In this document: piece by piece, positions 26,755 to 37,604 of the stretch
How positions within the stretch are numbered: position 1 is the first letter of the stretch
Layout of the letters: every line of letters begins with the position of its first letter
Origin: Xylographa opegraphella
Taxonomy: Eukaryota
DNA: 64,000 nucleotides
NCBI GenBank assembly: GCA_022813865.1
Contig: JALDZX010000083.1
Coordinates: 1-64,000 of the forward strand
Direction of reading: 5' to 3'
The notes under the pieces: generated by a model
Databases searched by the model: none
What the model was told of the DNA's origin: nothing
The model's input: only the letters and a program-made list of their open reading frames with translations
Translations under genes and position numbers: made by a program

Positions 26755-26870
26755 TGTCCTCCCCGGGGCTCGAACCCGGTCCTCTAAGGTGGTAGCCCAG
26801 AATTATTCTGCTTCAGGGCACAAGCCGCCGAGACACCATCTCCCCTAACCATGTAGGCTAGGATCTGAAC
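26755..26870 (-). ncRNA. Non-canonical tRNA-like element (pseudo-tRNA or head of a Pol III ncRNA/SINE)
   Basis: Minus strand: A-box TAGCCTACATGG, perfect T arm CCGGG-TTCGAGC-CCCGG (B-box), acceptor stem GTTC(AGA)TCC/GGAGGAC with a 3-nt bulge, extended anticodon stem with an intron-like insert; anticodon not assignable. Confidence 0.7.
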
Positions 26871-27328
26871 TGATGAACAGCTATCTAGACCAAGCGCCAC
26901 CCTTCGATATTGGTGATTACTTTTAACAATATATATAGTTTCACAACGGTTACCCCTTTTTCCACAACGAAGGCCAATTTTCAGTACCTGCACACAACAC
27001 ACATAGAAGCATTGCACTTGCTGGTATAATCGAGCATCTATGTGAACTTGATCTTGATCACTTGGAGGGAGTTTTTCTTGTACAGTGCTTTCTCTAATTT
27101 CTCATACAGCGTGTCGGCAGCACATTACTACCTAATGGTTCTATGCATCCTCAAGTCGCACTGCTTTCGACAGGTTCCTTCGCTATCTATGCAGAAGCCA
27201 TAATAAGGTCTATGAATACCCCAAGGTTCATTCAGCACCCCTAACGCCATCGCTACCCAATGCTTTTTCCACTCCTTGCACAAGTATCGTGATCTCAAGC
27301 AACAACACAACCACACAACACCGTCGTA

Positions 27329-28924
27329 TCAGCTCTTCCTCTCCATCGCTTCTGCAATCCTCCTCTCCATTTCCTCCCTCCCTACCCTACTTGCACCCTT
27401 CACTGTCACGCCCTTCAACTTCCCAAGCTCTCTTACCCCAACCCAACCCGGCGCGATCTCCTCCGCTAGCAGCCCAACACAACGCACCGCCTCATTCTTA
27501 CTGATCGGGTTTCGCAACGACATTTGCAGATGCTGTATCACCGTGGGCATCGTGAACGAGGAAACTTTGCTTACACCCCCAACTTTCATCCCGTCGGTAC
27601 AATCCCCTCGACTCCCAGAGCTGGTTAAAATTTCGAGCACCGGTATGATCTCCTCGAGTCGCTGGAGAGCATTCCTGCGCGCTATGGACTCAGGAGATGG
27701 GCCGGCAGGCAGAGTCGACTGGTAGAGCTCTTTCGCATGGATGCGCTCGAGTAAGGAGGAGCTCCGGCTGCTGGGTGTTTTGGGTCTGGCTTGCGCTTTC
27801 TGTGGCATCAAGGCTGTGGGCTTTTGGTTGTTGAGCTGCGCTTTGATGGCACCTGCTTTGAGGTCTTCGAGTCGGCGCTGGCCTTTGGCGAGAAGAGGAA
27901 AGATCTTGAGCAAGGAGGTGCATGGTTGTATGGGTGCGCGATGCAGTTTGGCGAGGAAGGAGGGGATGTCGACGGATGCGTGGGTACTCCACAGGTAAGA
28001 CAGGTTCTGAATGAAGATGTTGTTCAGTTTCTCGACATCGATAGGCCGTCGGCGCTGTCCTTTTTCGAGAGAGGATTTTGACAGCTCGATACAAGTTTTA
28101 CCACCGCCAAAGTCGGAGAGCGCGAGCGGACATGCTGCGTCCGCGGGAGACCGGTCTCGAAGACTGTCGCTTGCAAGTATCCCCAACGTCACACAGATAT
28201 CGTCCGTCTCTATCCTCCTTTTTCCCCAGGCTCGCTCAATGATTGGTCGCAGGTTGCGCAGATCCACAGGGGAGAAGGACCCATTGTGCGCATAGTGTAA
28301 GGACAATGCTGTCAGGAAGGCCAAGTGTAGATCGATGAGATCTTGCAATTCGTTTGGTAGCTCAGAGGCACTGGACCGAAGAGGGCAAGGGGTTGTGGTT
28401 GATGTAGGGCGAGGGCTTTGGATCGAGGCAGGAGAGGTCGGAGGAGTAATATCTTGAGCGGGTAGGGGCGATGATGCACGTCTCGAGGGCGAGGAGGAGG
28501 AAAGTGCGAACGCTTCGAGGAAGGCACGGGCGCCTTTGGTCGGCGTTTCGGTGTTTTTGGGTCGGGGAAGTAGCGCCTTTCGGGGCTTGTGAGGGAGAGC
28601 AGGTAACGGCGGCTCAAAGTCCTGGGTAGCCAATGCTGCTGAGATGGTACTCTTGGTCTCGAGCACAGTAGCTATATTCTCCTTTGGTGGTGTTTCCAGG
28701 GTCTCCACCTTCCGCTTCCTAGAGTGTCCACCAAACTGCTCAGAGCACTCGACAAGAACCGCATCTTGCTTTACTGCTAGGTCTTTCGTGCCCGTCGAGA
28801 GGGTACTGGTTGATTTCGTTATCCTACCAAAAGCAGCGATTCCACCTTTGGCGGTTGGTCTTGCTGTAGTGCTCTTGCTGACAGCACTTGCAGCTACTTT
28901 ACGTTTCTTCAGAGCGGGAGGCAT
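27329..28924 (-). CDS. CDT1: DNA replication licensing factor Cdt1-like protein (Cdt1 C-terminal domain)
   Basis: LPNELQDLIDLH..FLTALSLHYAHNG, C-terminal SFTMPTVIQHLQMSLRNPISKNEA..LLAEEIAPGWV; S/T-P rich; upstream in-frame ATG also at 29005. Confidence 0.8.
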   Translation of the reverse strand: MPPALKKRKVAASAVSKSTTARPTAKGGIAAFGRITKSTSTLSTGTKDLAVKQDAVLVECSEQFGGHSRKRKVETLETPPKENIATVLETKSTISAALATQDFEPPLPALPHKPRKALLPRPKNTETPTKGARAFLEAFALSSSSPSRRASSPLPAQDITPPTSPASIQSPRPTSTTTPCPLRSSASELPNELQDLIDLHLAFLTALSLHYAHNGSFSPVDLRNLRPIIERAWGKRRIETDDICVTLGILASDSLRDRSPADAACPLALSDFGGGKTCIELSKSSLEKGQRRRPIDVEKLNNIFIQNLSYLWSTHASVDIPSFLAKLHRAPIQPCTSLLKIFPLLAKGQRRLEDLKAGAIKAQLNNQKPTALMPQKAQARPKTPSSRSSSLLERIHAKELYQSTLPAGPSPESIARRNALQRLEEIIPVLEILTSSGSRGDCTDGMKVGGVSKVSSFTMPTVIQHLQMSLRNPISKNEAVRCVGLLAEEIAPGWVGVRELGKLKGVTVKGASRVGREEMERRIAEAMERKS

Positions 28925-29026
28925 GATCGTTCTTGCTGGTTGGGAATCGTCGACTGCAAAGGAAAGTGCGGTTCTTGGTTCTGTCTGTAGATTGCGGGAC
29001 CGCATTCGGAGCTACGAGTGTGGAAG

Positions 29027-29036
29027 ACGCGACGCG
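29027..29036. promoter_or_regulatory. Overlapping MCB-like elements (ACGCGACGCG) upstream of CDT1
   Basis: Two ACGCG cores ~100 bp upstream of the CDT1 start. Confidence 0.55.
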
Positions 29037-30517
29037 CTGAAGCTTTGCCCGATTGAGCTAAAGTGGTTCGCGCCATGGGTCACGGCTTTCGTGATCTAGG
29101 CTTGGCAGACTGCTCTGGCATAACACCGTGTATTGTCTTATCGTCGCCATCAATAACGGTTCGTCGCAAATGCTGCTCACCATTCGCTGCGAGACTTGTG
29201 CAGATACGCATTGATATTGAGAATTCTTTTGCTCCAAATCAACTCTGTGACCACAAGTAATCACAAGCCGTCTGCTACTCATAAAATTCATTGAAATTCC
29301 TACCCACCAATACGATGTGTGAACACGCTCTGATTGTATAACTGACTCGACTGCGATGACCGCAGCTTCGACCTTTGCTGCATGCGCCTCACCCGAGACG
29401 CGGCTCACAGTACGAACCAGACAAGAAAGCACGTTCTACGTTGCTTCTTACGCCTCCTAAATCCATTGAGATACTCAGCCAGCACAGATGTCCCGACTCG
29501 AGCGTTGAGTAAGCAACAATTGGCACGATAATCAAGAATTTTAGTCCACTGGTTTTCAGAAGCTAGAGTCAACACAGTACTGGGTAAGTCTGGTGGTGTG
29601 GGGAGCCCATGTGCACCGACGCAGATACTAGGTGGAGGGTCAGATATTAAGACGGAAGATGATAAAGAGAGGCGGGATAGGCAGATGAGAGATGATGGGG
29701 AGAAGGTATGAGAGGACGCATATAGCGACTCGCAGTGAAGGTGTAGATCGCCAGTATGACCAGGGACCGCGAATGGTATAGCTGGACGGGTTTGGATGAG
29801 ATGACTCTCGCCGCGTAAAGTATTCACATGATCTTTGAATATCGAGTGCCAATCAAAACGTCGTTTTTTTCTCTACCACAGCTCCCATTGGATAAGCCTC
29901 CAGAAAATCCCCTTACCGAAGTCCAATAAAGCCATTCCTTAGCAAGTACAATCTCTCCAAAATGATCCGAGATACTCCTCCACAACACAAGCAGCACCAA
30001 GGCCCTTTTGTCGGCGATTTGGGTTACTGGAAAAGGGACTAGCATGTCTGTATGCCGCAGACATCTCCTCGGCTTTGCATCATGTAGTACTGCGAAACAT
30101 TATGTTATCACACTCGACACGGTTCTGATCGGGCTCGTTGCTCTTTTGCTGGAGCGAGCCGAAGATAAGAAAATATTTGAGCACTGGCAGCAGCAGTCTG
30201 GGTTGACAAAAATGGATAGTACCCTGGTTTGCTCACGATTCCGTCACCATTGCATGTATTTCTCTGCAGGGCTCGAAGGATCCTCTGAAGCTTGATGCTG
30301 ATGGCTAACAATCAAGAATACTCTCGCTGCCGGATTCCGCAGCCAAGTTAAGTTAGACATTCTCGTACATAGCAGTGTTAAACGTGAAGAAGTATTAGCA
30401 AAGATTGAGATAAGGAAGAACCGTGCATAACTCGGAAATTGTGCTTCAATTTACAGCGCTTTCGGCAGAGACACAAAGCTCAATATACAATGTAGATATG
30501 TCAGAACGACCAGCCAA

Positions 30518-31091
30518 TCATTTACCAAAGCCGAACCAGCTAGCTATTCCAGACTTTGCCTCCTGTGTCTTGCGTATGACCGTTGTGTCGAACTCGTCGA
30601 TCTTCTTGTCTGTATCCTTGCGTAGCTCTTTTGCCTTTTGGATACCTTCCGCCTTCAAGTGGTCAATCTTTGCATCTGCTTCCGCCATCTTCGCGCCTAA
30701 TTTTGCATCGGTCTCATGGATCGTGGCCCTAGCATCGTCGACCTGTGCAGAAGTCCAGGCAATATTAGTTTTTGGCAACTTCATCAGTCAAGAAGCAGCA
30801 GACTCACAGCATGGTCCAACTTTGCGCCAGCTTGCTTTGCCCAGACCTCGCCTTGCAGTTTGGCCTCCTTCCCCTTTCCTGGCAAATCGCTCTTCACCCT
30901 GGCGGTCGCACTCGCCGCATCGTCTAGATAAATGTATTTAGCCTCGATCGTGATAGGGCACAGTTGTAATACTTACGCTCAAATTGTTTTTCTGCAACCT
31001 TCGGATTTCCACCAGCAGAGTAGAGGTAGTACCCCACTGTCCCCACGGCTACAACGCCCAAGGTCGGGACTAATCTTCCTCTTCCAGCCAT
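30518..31091 (-). CDS. Small conserved fungal protein with N-terminal hydrophobic anchor and LEA-like helical body (calcofluor-white-hypersensitive-protein-like)
   Basis: Three exons: MAGRGRLVPTLGVVAVGTVGYYLYSAGGNPKVAEKQFE / ..DAASATARVKSDLPGKGKEA.. / VDDAR..KIDEFD..KSGIASWFGFGK*. Confidence 0.8.
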
Positions 31092-31527
31092 TGCAACTTA
31101 ATTATGGGAGGGAACGGTGTAACGATCGGGTCTCCGAAGTTTCGATCCGGCGAATATGATTGTGAATATGCAACGTGATGACTGGAGCAAGCTTGAGGAG
31201 GTGCCTTGGACTAGACCCTGCGCTAGAACGCGCACGCGCGAATGACGTCCGACTTCCCCATTTCGAACTCTCGACCGAGAGAGAGCACTTTGAACATTGT
31301 CAGCCACTGCTCGACTCTTGAGCTTTGAAACTTCTCTTCACGTCTATCGTTACATTCAATGCTTATATTTACTTTGGTTTTTGTAATCGAGTGCCGTATC
31401 TTGTTTATACGAAAAGTTACTACATTATCAATTGTCTTGTATGGAGACAGATTCTGGCTGCTCCAGCGATTTTTTTTAGCATGCAGGGAACATTGCAGAA
31501 CTCGTTCGTGTGAGCGACAGCAGTATA

Positions 31528-33075
31528 ATGTCATTGAAAGGCTTCGTAACACCCACTCGAGCTTATGGTATATTTGCAGACCAGTACGACCATGCTATAG
31601 ATCTTGTCGACACCACGAAGCCCGCTGTTGAGCCGTCCTCTTCATCTCTTGATCTTGAGTCGGCCACTCAATCGTCTGCTCGAAGAAATAGTGATGGCAC
31701 ACTAAATAGACGATGGACTAGAGGCACTCTCAGAGAAGAATTGGCCCGTCGAAAGTATGCCAAATATCAGGAGAGGGACAACCAGATTGAAGGGTTGGAT
31801 GACGTGGCGGACAACGGAGTGCAAGGTGACGATAAGGACTCTATTAAGAATGGCAAAGGAAAGAAAAACTCGATCCGCGAAGGTCGCTTTCGAGACAGGA
31901 TTCCTTTTAGATCGAAAAAGCCAACCAAGGTCAGGAAGCAACAAGACTATGAAGTCGATATTCTGTACGAAAACCAGAGGGGGTCATTCTTCTGTGGCAT
32001 TCCTCTGTACTCTTCCAAATCATTACTCAACTTCGATCCCTCTGCCTGGCAGACGGCAGCTTTCAAGGACAGCCCGGTAGATATCACCAATGCCCAGGTT
32101 CCGGATCCGACTTGGGCTTGGGCTTGGAAGTGTTGGTACGTGGATATGTCTCACGATGTCGACGAGGAGGGCTGGGAATACTCGTTCAGTTTTCGACAAG
32201 GCTTTTCTTGGCATGGTAACCACCCCTGGTTTCACTCGTTTGTCAGACGGAGGAGGTGGCTTCGGAAGCGAGTGAAAGCACATTTGCAAGGTGGCAGTGA
32301 TTCCAAGAGCGGGCCCCACATGCTGAACGCAGACTATTTTACCATTCATCCTGCCAGAGCAAGTAGCCGAGCATCAAGTGCAGACAGATCAGTCGACAAT
32401 CGATCAAGTTATATCAGTATTCAGCACGCAGAGAGCGGTTCAGAAGACGAAGACGGGGAGATCAGCAATATCTTGGCTCTTATGAAAGCACTCAAAAAAG
32501 CTACGGTGGACCGAAAGAAGACCGAGGCAATGACAAACTTCTTGGATCATGGCGGTGATGATCTGTATTACCTCCCAGACCATATGCACGAAATAATGGG
32601 CATATTTCTTTACCAGACATCAAGACAGCAACTGGTCACAACCATGCAGGACGTTCTTGATAGAAGAACAAAGCGCAGTCAAGAGAATGGAAATGATGGA
32701 ACGACTGAACCCGAGGACAAAAATCGACAGACAGACAGTCTTCTGAAAGCTCTCCACGCTGCGAAGGAGCACGTCAATGATCTCGAGTATTGGAGCGATG
32801 TGAAACATACCCGGAGTGGAGGAGTCAGAGGTGAAGAAGGTACAAGCGACCAACACTCGAACAGCTCAACCAGCCGTGAAGCAGATTCGTCCAGTATAAG
32901 TGCTAAGCAGCATGGGGAAGATGACGGAAGCTCAACGGTGGATTTGGAAATCAAAGGTATCCCTGAAGACGCCGCTATTGACAAGGCGCCAAGCATCAAC
33001 TGGGATTTTCACGGAGATGAACAAAGTTCGCCTGTGCGATCGTCATGGAAGGGGAAGGAGAAGGCAGTAGATTAA
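31528..33075 (+). CDS. Dysferlin-domain sporulation protein (Spo73/Mug65-like)
   Basis: DILYENQRG..GIPLYS..LLNFDPSAW, WYVDM..DVDEEGWEYSF, FVRRRRWLRKR. Confidence 0.85.
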   Translation: MSLKGFVTPTRAYGIFADQYDHAIDLVDTTKPAVEPSSSSLDLESATQSSARRNSDGTLNRRWTRGTLREELARRKYAKYQERDNQIEGLDDVADNGVQGDDKDSIKNGKGKKNSIREGRFRDRIPFRSKKPTKVRKQQDYEVDILYENQRGSFFCGIPLYSSKSLLNFDPSAWQTAAFKDSPVDITNAQVPDPTWAWAWKCWYVDMSHDVDEEGWEYSFSFRQGFSWHGNHPWFHSFVRRRRWLRKRVKAHLQGGSDSKSGPHMLNADYFTIHPARASSRASSADRSVDNRSSYISIQHAESGSEDEDGEISNILALMKALKKATVDRKKTEAMTNFLDHGGDDLYYLPDHMHEIMGIFLYQTSRQQLVTTMQDVLDRRTKRSQENGNDGTTEPEDKNRQTDSLLKALHAAKEHVNDLEYWSDVKHTRSGGVRGEEGTSDQHSNSSTSREADSSSISAKQHGEDDGSSTVDLEIKGIPEDAAIDKAPSINWDFHGDEQSSPVRSSWKGKEKAVD

Positions 33076-33551
33076 TGGTAGCATCCTATATCAAAGAAAT
33101 AATACTACTTTTTGGCGGTGCGAGAAACCCCACCTGATGATTCTCCGACGGCAACAAGATATAAGCTAAGAGTTGTTGGAGAAATTGTAAGTCTAAGCTT
33201 TAGAGAGAAATATCTCCTACCGACATGATCGTGGGCACTCGGTGACTCTGAGTATGCCATGCTTACACCGCTTTCTAATAGAAATTGAGTTGACAGGCAG
33301 TTTCATGAGAACATTGGCTCACATTGGCACACGTAGATGGTAGACTACACGATCTCAGCAAGCACGAGTGGCAGAGTGATGTTTTATGTTGTTTTTGTAT
33401 AGAAGTTGACTATCTATGTAAGATTCCCCATCACAGATGAATCCTGGTTGAGACAGAAAAGCCCTGACGTTGAAGATCGGAAGAGAGATCGGTAAAAATT
33501 CCAGCGGCGGCTGCGTCTCATCAGTCCTCCGCGTCACTACTGACCGGGGAC

Positions 33552-34599
33552 CTAACCATTCTCCATCTCCATGTCTTCCCGCTCCACTTCTTCCACATCA
33601 ACGTCTTTCATCTCCGCGTCCTCGTTTTTCGCTTCTTCGTTCACAACGGAGACACGATGCACCCCCGGCGGGGCCTCAGGGGGGTCACCTGGCCAAACGT
33701 GACTCTGTTGCTTTGCGGATCCATCACCACAATCCTGGGTTGAACCTTCGTGAGTGCAACCATCGTGGGTGGAGCCATCGTGGGTGGAGCCATCGTGGGT
33801 GGGATCATCGTGGGTGGAATTATCGTAGGTAGAACCATCGTTGGTGGAGCCATCGTGGGTGGAGCCATCGTGGGTGAACCATTGGGGGTGGAGCTGATGT
33901 GTGCGTTGATGAACTCCCGTCCGAGGATCCCTTGCTCCTACGCCGAGGACGATAAGCCCAAATATTGCGAATGACGTTCATGGTCCTCGATCGACCGCGA
34001 GAGGTATCCAGTCCACCTGGACTAGTATTCCTTCACCTGTGAACGTTGTACGGCAGTGCAGCATCCGGAAGCCTTGCATCATGAGGCACCGCCAGATTTG
34101 TCAGTCCTGACGTTCGCGATTTTCGCGAATTTGTCGACGTCCGTGATGGATTTCCGTTCGAGTTCAACGCTATCGCACGCGAAGGTGTACGGACCCGGGA
34201 TACATCCGTCGAAGTGACTGGGGCTTGCCAGTGTGCAGGTATAGGATGAACCGCGGCCACGTTTCCGGGCAGTGCGAATGGGTTCCATGTGCTTTTGAAA
34301 TCTGCTCGTCCTTCGCAAAGGGCGATTCGGATCCGAACTTCGATCGTGTTCGGGAAAGGGCTTCCGAGGAAATCTTGAACTAAGAACCAATCCAGCGCCC
34401 GCTGAGCCTGCGTGAACGTCGGAAACACAGGAACGTTGGGATAGTTGCGGTGGATTATCTTTGGGTCAAGATGCTTGCAGACGTGGGGCCAGGCCGCTCG
34501 AATGTCTGCTTCTGTAATATTGTAGTTCGTGGGGTTCAGCCCCAGCGTGTCGAAGAGATCAAAGTTGAGCTCGTTGTTGAAATATGGAATGCAAACCAT
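33552..34599 (-). pseudogene. Orphan gene or pseudogene: J-domain-like N-terminus (34033-34599) and a second open frame (~33975-33552) with HDGST repeats and an acidic tail
   Basis: LFDTLGLNP..ITEADIRAAW..KHLDPK loosely resembles a J-domain without HPD; downstream frame reads THDGSTHDGSTNDGSTYDNSTHDDPTHDGSTHDGSTHDGCTHEGSTQD..EDAEMKDVDVEEVEREDMEMENG*. Confidence 0.45.
33733..33882. repeat. 15-bp tandem repeat (ATCGTGGGTGGAGCC), ~9-10 degenerate copies
   Basis: Directly visible. Confidence 0.95.
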
Positions 34600-36040
34600 C
34601 TTGCGAGCTTTTAGCTGATCTATGTCTGTTCGAAGCGATGAGGCCGGTATGGAAATAATTGATCAATCTGCAGTTAGGGTGAAGGTGATCGATTTCTAAG
34701 GATAAAAGCTCGAGAATCGAATCACCATAAAACCTTTTATATCCAGGACCGGTTGCGGACAATAACAAAACGCATTCACAACAACTCCCAGTGAACAATA
34801 AACATCTCTTGATCACATTGTAACTAGCCCACACTGAATTTTGTGCTAGCATGAACACCTTGATAATGAACGATGCGCTGTAGATGGAGATAGATTTGTA
34901 GCAGACAATGGCCTTTCAAGTGGCTTTCGAGCGGCCTTTGAGAGGTCTTTGTGCATTGTGACTTTAGCTTGCGGCTGTATTGTATCAATATGGTTTGTGC
35001 TGTCGAGATAAGCGCTGTTGTTCCGGATATGCAACGTGGATGGCTTGTAGCACCAATTCTTGAGACGATCGTCGGAACGGGTTGATTGAACGAGCATTCA
35101 ATGCCAGAGTGCACCAGGTGAGAGTCTCTCGTCCGAAATTGGCTTCTAAGCTTCCAGGATGATGACTCTTAGAGCTCTTAATGGCGGCTGCTAAGCACTC
35201 TCTCTTATAAACAAGGTGCCGAACATTTCAAGGCAGCAGTGGCATTGACAGAGCTCCGATCTTGGAAGCCAATTTGATCGACCGAATGTATGTAGACGTA
35301 TTCTTTTGGTAACCAGGATCATATATATAGACGGTAGACATTGAGGTGTTAGGAAGCCAGAAACTGCTGTACCGAGATTAATCCTCGAGGAGGCGCTGAG
35401 AGGTATAAAACAACACTAGGTACGCACAGTTTCAATCATGACCAACATCATTTGCCCCAAAAATTCGGAGACATAGCTCTAGTCGCTCCTGTTTCTGGAA
35501 GACCATGATCGCCGCTTTCGTAACTGTGTATCTTCTCCCAGCTCTCGTTCGTCTCCATCGAGCATACCCTATCGTTCGATATGGATGCTGCGCACAGTAT
35601 AGAGTTCTCTCCCGCCTAGTCTTCGTACTATTCCTCACGATGACTCTTCCGCTTACGGGAGGCGATAGCATCTTCTACATCATACATGACGCTGCATTTT
35701 CATTCTCAAAATTCTCCACCAGAACATTGTCAGACACGATTTAGCAACCGGCGCTTGTCACTCTCATCCAAATGCGCGAAATATCATCATGTGATGGAGG
35801 CTTAGGCGGCATAATTGCGGAGAAACCAAGTCCGAATGGCCAAACGGCGGCAGCAACCGAGAATAGGAAGAATAGGAGGCGAGATGGAGCAGTTCAATTT
35901 CAACAGCCGTAATGGAGGCGTCTGCATTTATCGACACTCAAAAGAGTCTTCCTTAAAACCACTTGGTCCTCCGCTCAATCTTTGTCAAATCGGTTACAAG
36001 AACTGTTCCAAGCGGACCGAGACACCCTGTCTGAGAAAGG

Positions 36041-36083
36041 AGCGAAAGCAGCAGTAGCGAAAGCAGCAGTAGCGAAAGCAGCA
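36041..36083. repeat. 15-bp tandem repeat AGCGAAAGCAGCAGT x~3
   Basis: Directly visible. Confidence 0.9.
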
Positions 36084-36854
36084 AAGGCAACAGCAACAAA
36101 GCAATGAGCATCAACAGCCGTGATATCAGCGGCCGGAAAGAACTGTGAACCACTCAACCGACAAGACTTGAGACACATTTTTCTCGGCAGCTGGCATAAC
36201 AGAGGTGCTGATGCCGATGTCAGGGGACGAGAGCTCAAGAACTGGAGCACAGACAGATGACATGAAACAGAATGCGGGAAATATGATGAGGAACACGGGA
36301 CCGAGTTGTAAACCGGCTATCCGAAGATGTACAGCTTTTGGTGTGATAGTGTGTACACACAACTTAGTGGTGTTCAAGTCTTGCCTTGCATCAATTACCG
36401 GTACCTGATGAATCATGTCTCTTGCAAGTCTTTGACGGAAGGGCGTTGAAATATTCCATGATTGATCTGGGTTCAGGTGGTAGCGGTCCCGATTTCCTTG
36501 TTTTGTGATCATGGCTAGTAGCAGGCTGAATGACGATGGTTACACTATTTTTCGGAGACTTCTACGCATTACCGAAGGCAGTGCAAAGTAGTGATTCCGA
36601 ATCTCCACAACACGCCTGCACACGGCCGCTTGCTTCAGGATATGATTTCTTGGCGGAGCTGTCATGATCTCCGAGTGCAGGTGACGGTATCAAGAAATAC
36701 GATCTAAACTCAAGTAGTACAGCGAATCGACCAACTTGAAGCATATTAACTTCCAATTTCATCAGACGAAGCAGTGGTATCACTATGTCGAGTACTCCGT
36801 ACACCGTATTAATGAGGTGGATAGGACGACTCTCAAACTGCTCGGCAATTAACG

Positions 36855-37024
36855 TGTGCAAAAGGCTTGCATTCTCTTGGCGCTCAAACTTTGCTCTCCC
36901 CCACCCAAAAATGCACNNNNNNNNNNNNNNNNNNNNNNNNNNNNNNNNNNNNNNNNNNNNNNNNNNATTTTTGGGTGGGGGAGAGCAAAGTTTGAGCGCC
37001 AAGAGAATGCAAGCCTTTTGCACA
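36855..37024. repeat. Perfect 58-bp inverted repeat (36855-36912 / 36967-37024) flanking an assembly gap; possible transposon/MITE terminal inverted repeats
   Basis: TGTGCAAAAGGCTTGC...CACCCAAAAAT and its exact reverse complement on either side of the N run (36917-36966). Confidence 0.85.
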
Positions 37025-37604
37025 TCGCAAAATGATCCGTGGCAAAGGTGCCAGTGGTTCCTTTTTGACCTGGTGCTGGACTTGGGTCAAGAGCTTGGAC
37101 GAATGATGCCAACGACGCGCTTGCAACATCAGCACCTCCGGATGATTAGTATCATCGCTGTTCTTTACTTTATCCGTTCTTCAATTGCTTGCATCGGTGC
37201 CGCAGTAGTATTCTGTTCGTTGTTTGTTGTGAGCATTGCTTTCTTTACCAATGCCGGCCTTAACGAGGTTATCTCTGCTACTGTAACGTACTCATGTGCG
37301 CAGCGGTCCCCTTGCTGGATATTCAACTATAGTGATTCAGACTTACGGCAGTCCAAGTTGTGTTTACCGGAAGCTCGACTCTCTGACATAAACTCAGAAT
37401 GTGCAGGTTATCCTTTGGAGTATTCAAGCATGTATGTTTGCAATGCAAAAACCGTAAGAGATCAAGAAGCGAGCAGCTTTGGTTGAGCAACGACAGAGAT
37501 TATCTTCTCGGATCGTGGAGAACAATCAAAATGTCTGTATGCTTGCTTAACGGAGCTGGTGTTCTTCATCAAATTAAAATCCGTTACTGTATATTTGTTG
37601 TCCA

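Noticed and set aside
26755..26870. Functional tRNA-Asp(GTC), tRNA-Glu(CTC) or tRNA-Sec
   Set aside because: Acceptor-stem bulge and arm spacing fit none of these, and there is no TCA anticodon.
27041..27072. GAACTTGATC resembling the 3' half of a TPP riboswitch (also CTGAGATACC near 3023)
   Set aside because: Each site has only one half of the motif, and no thiamine gene is adjacent.
33733..33882. Repeat array as CRISPR-like, or as MAPPT/IVGGA protein repeats
   Set aside because: No spacers and a eukaryotic context; the substitution pattern favours the HDGST frame.
36562..37486. ORFs running through the N gap
   Set aside because: Artefacts of translating Ns and the inverted repeat.
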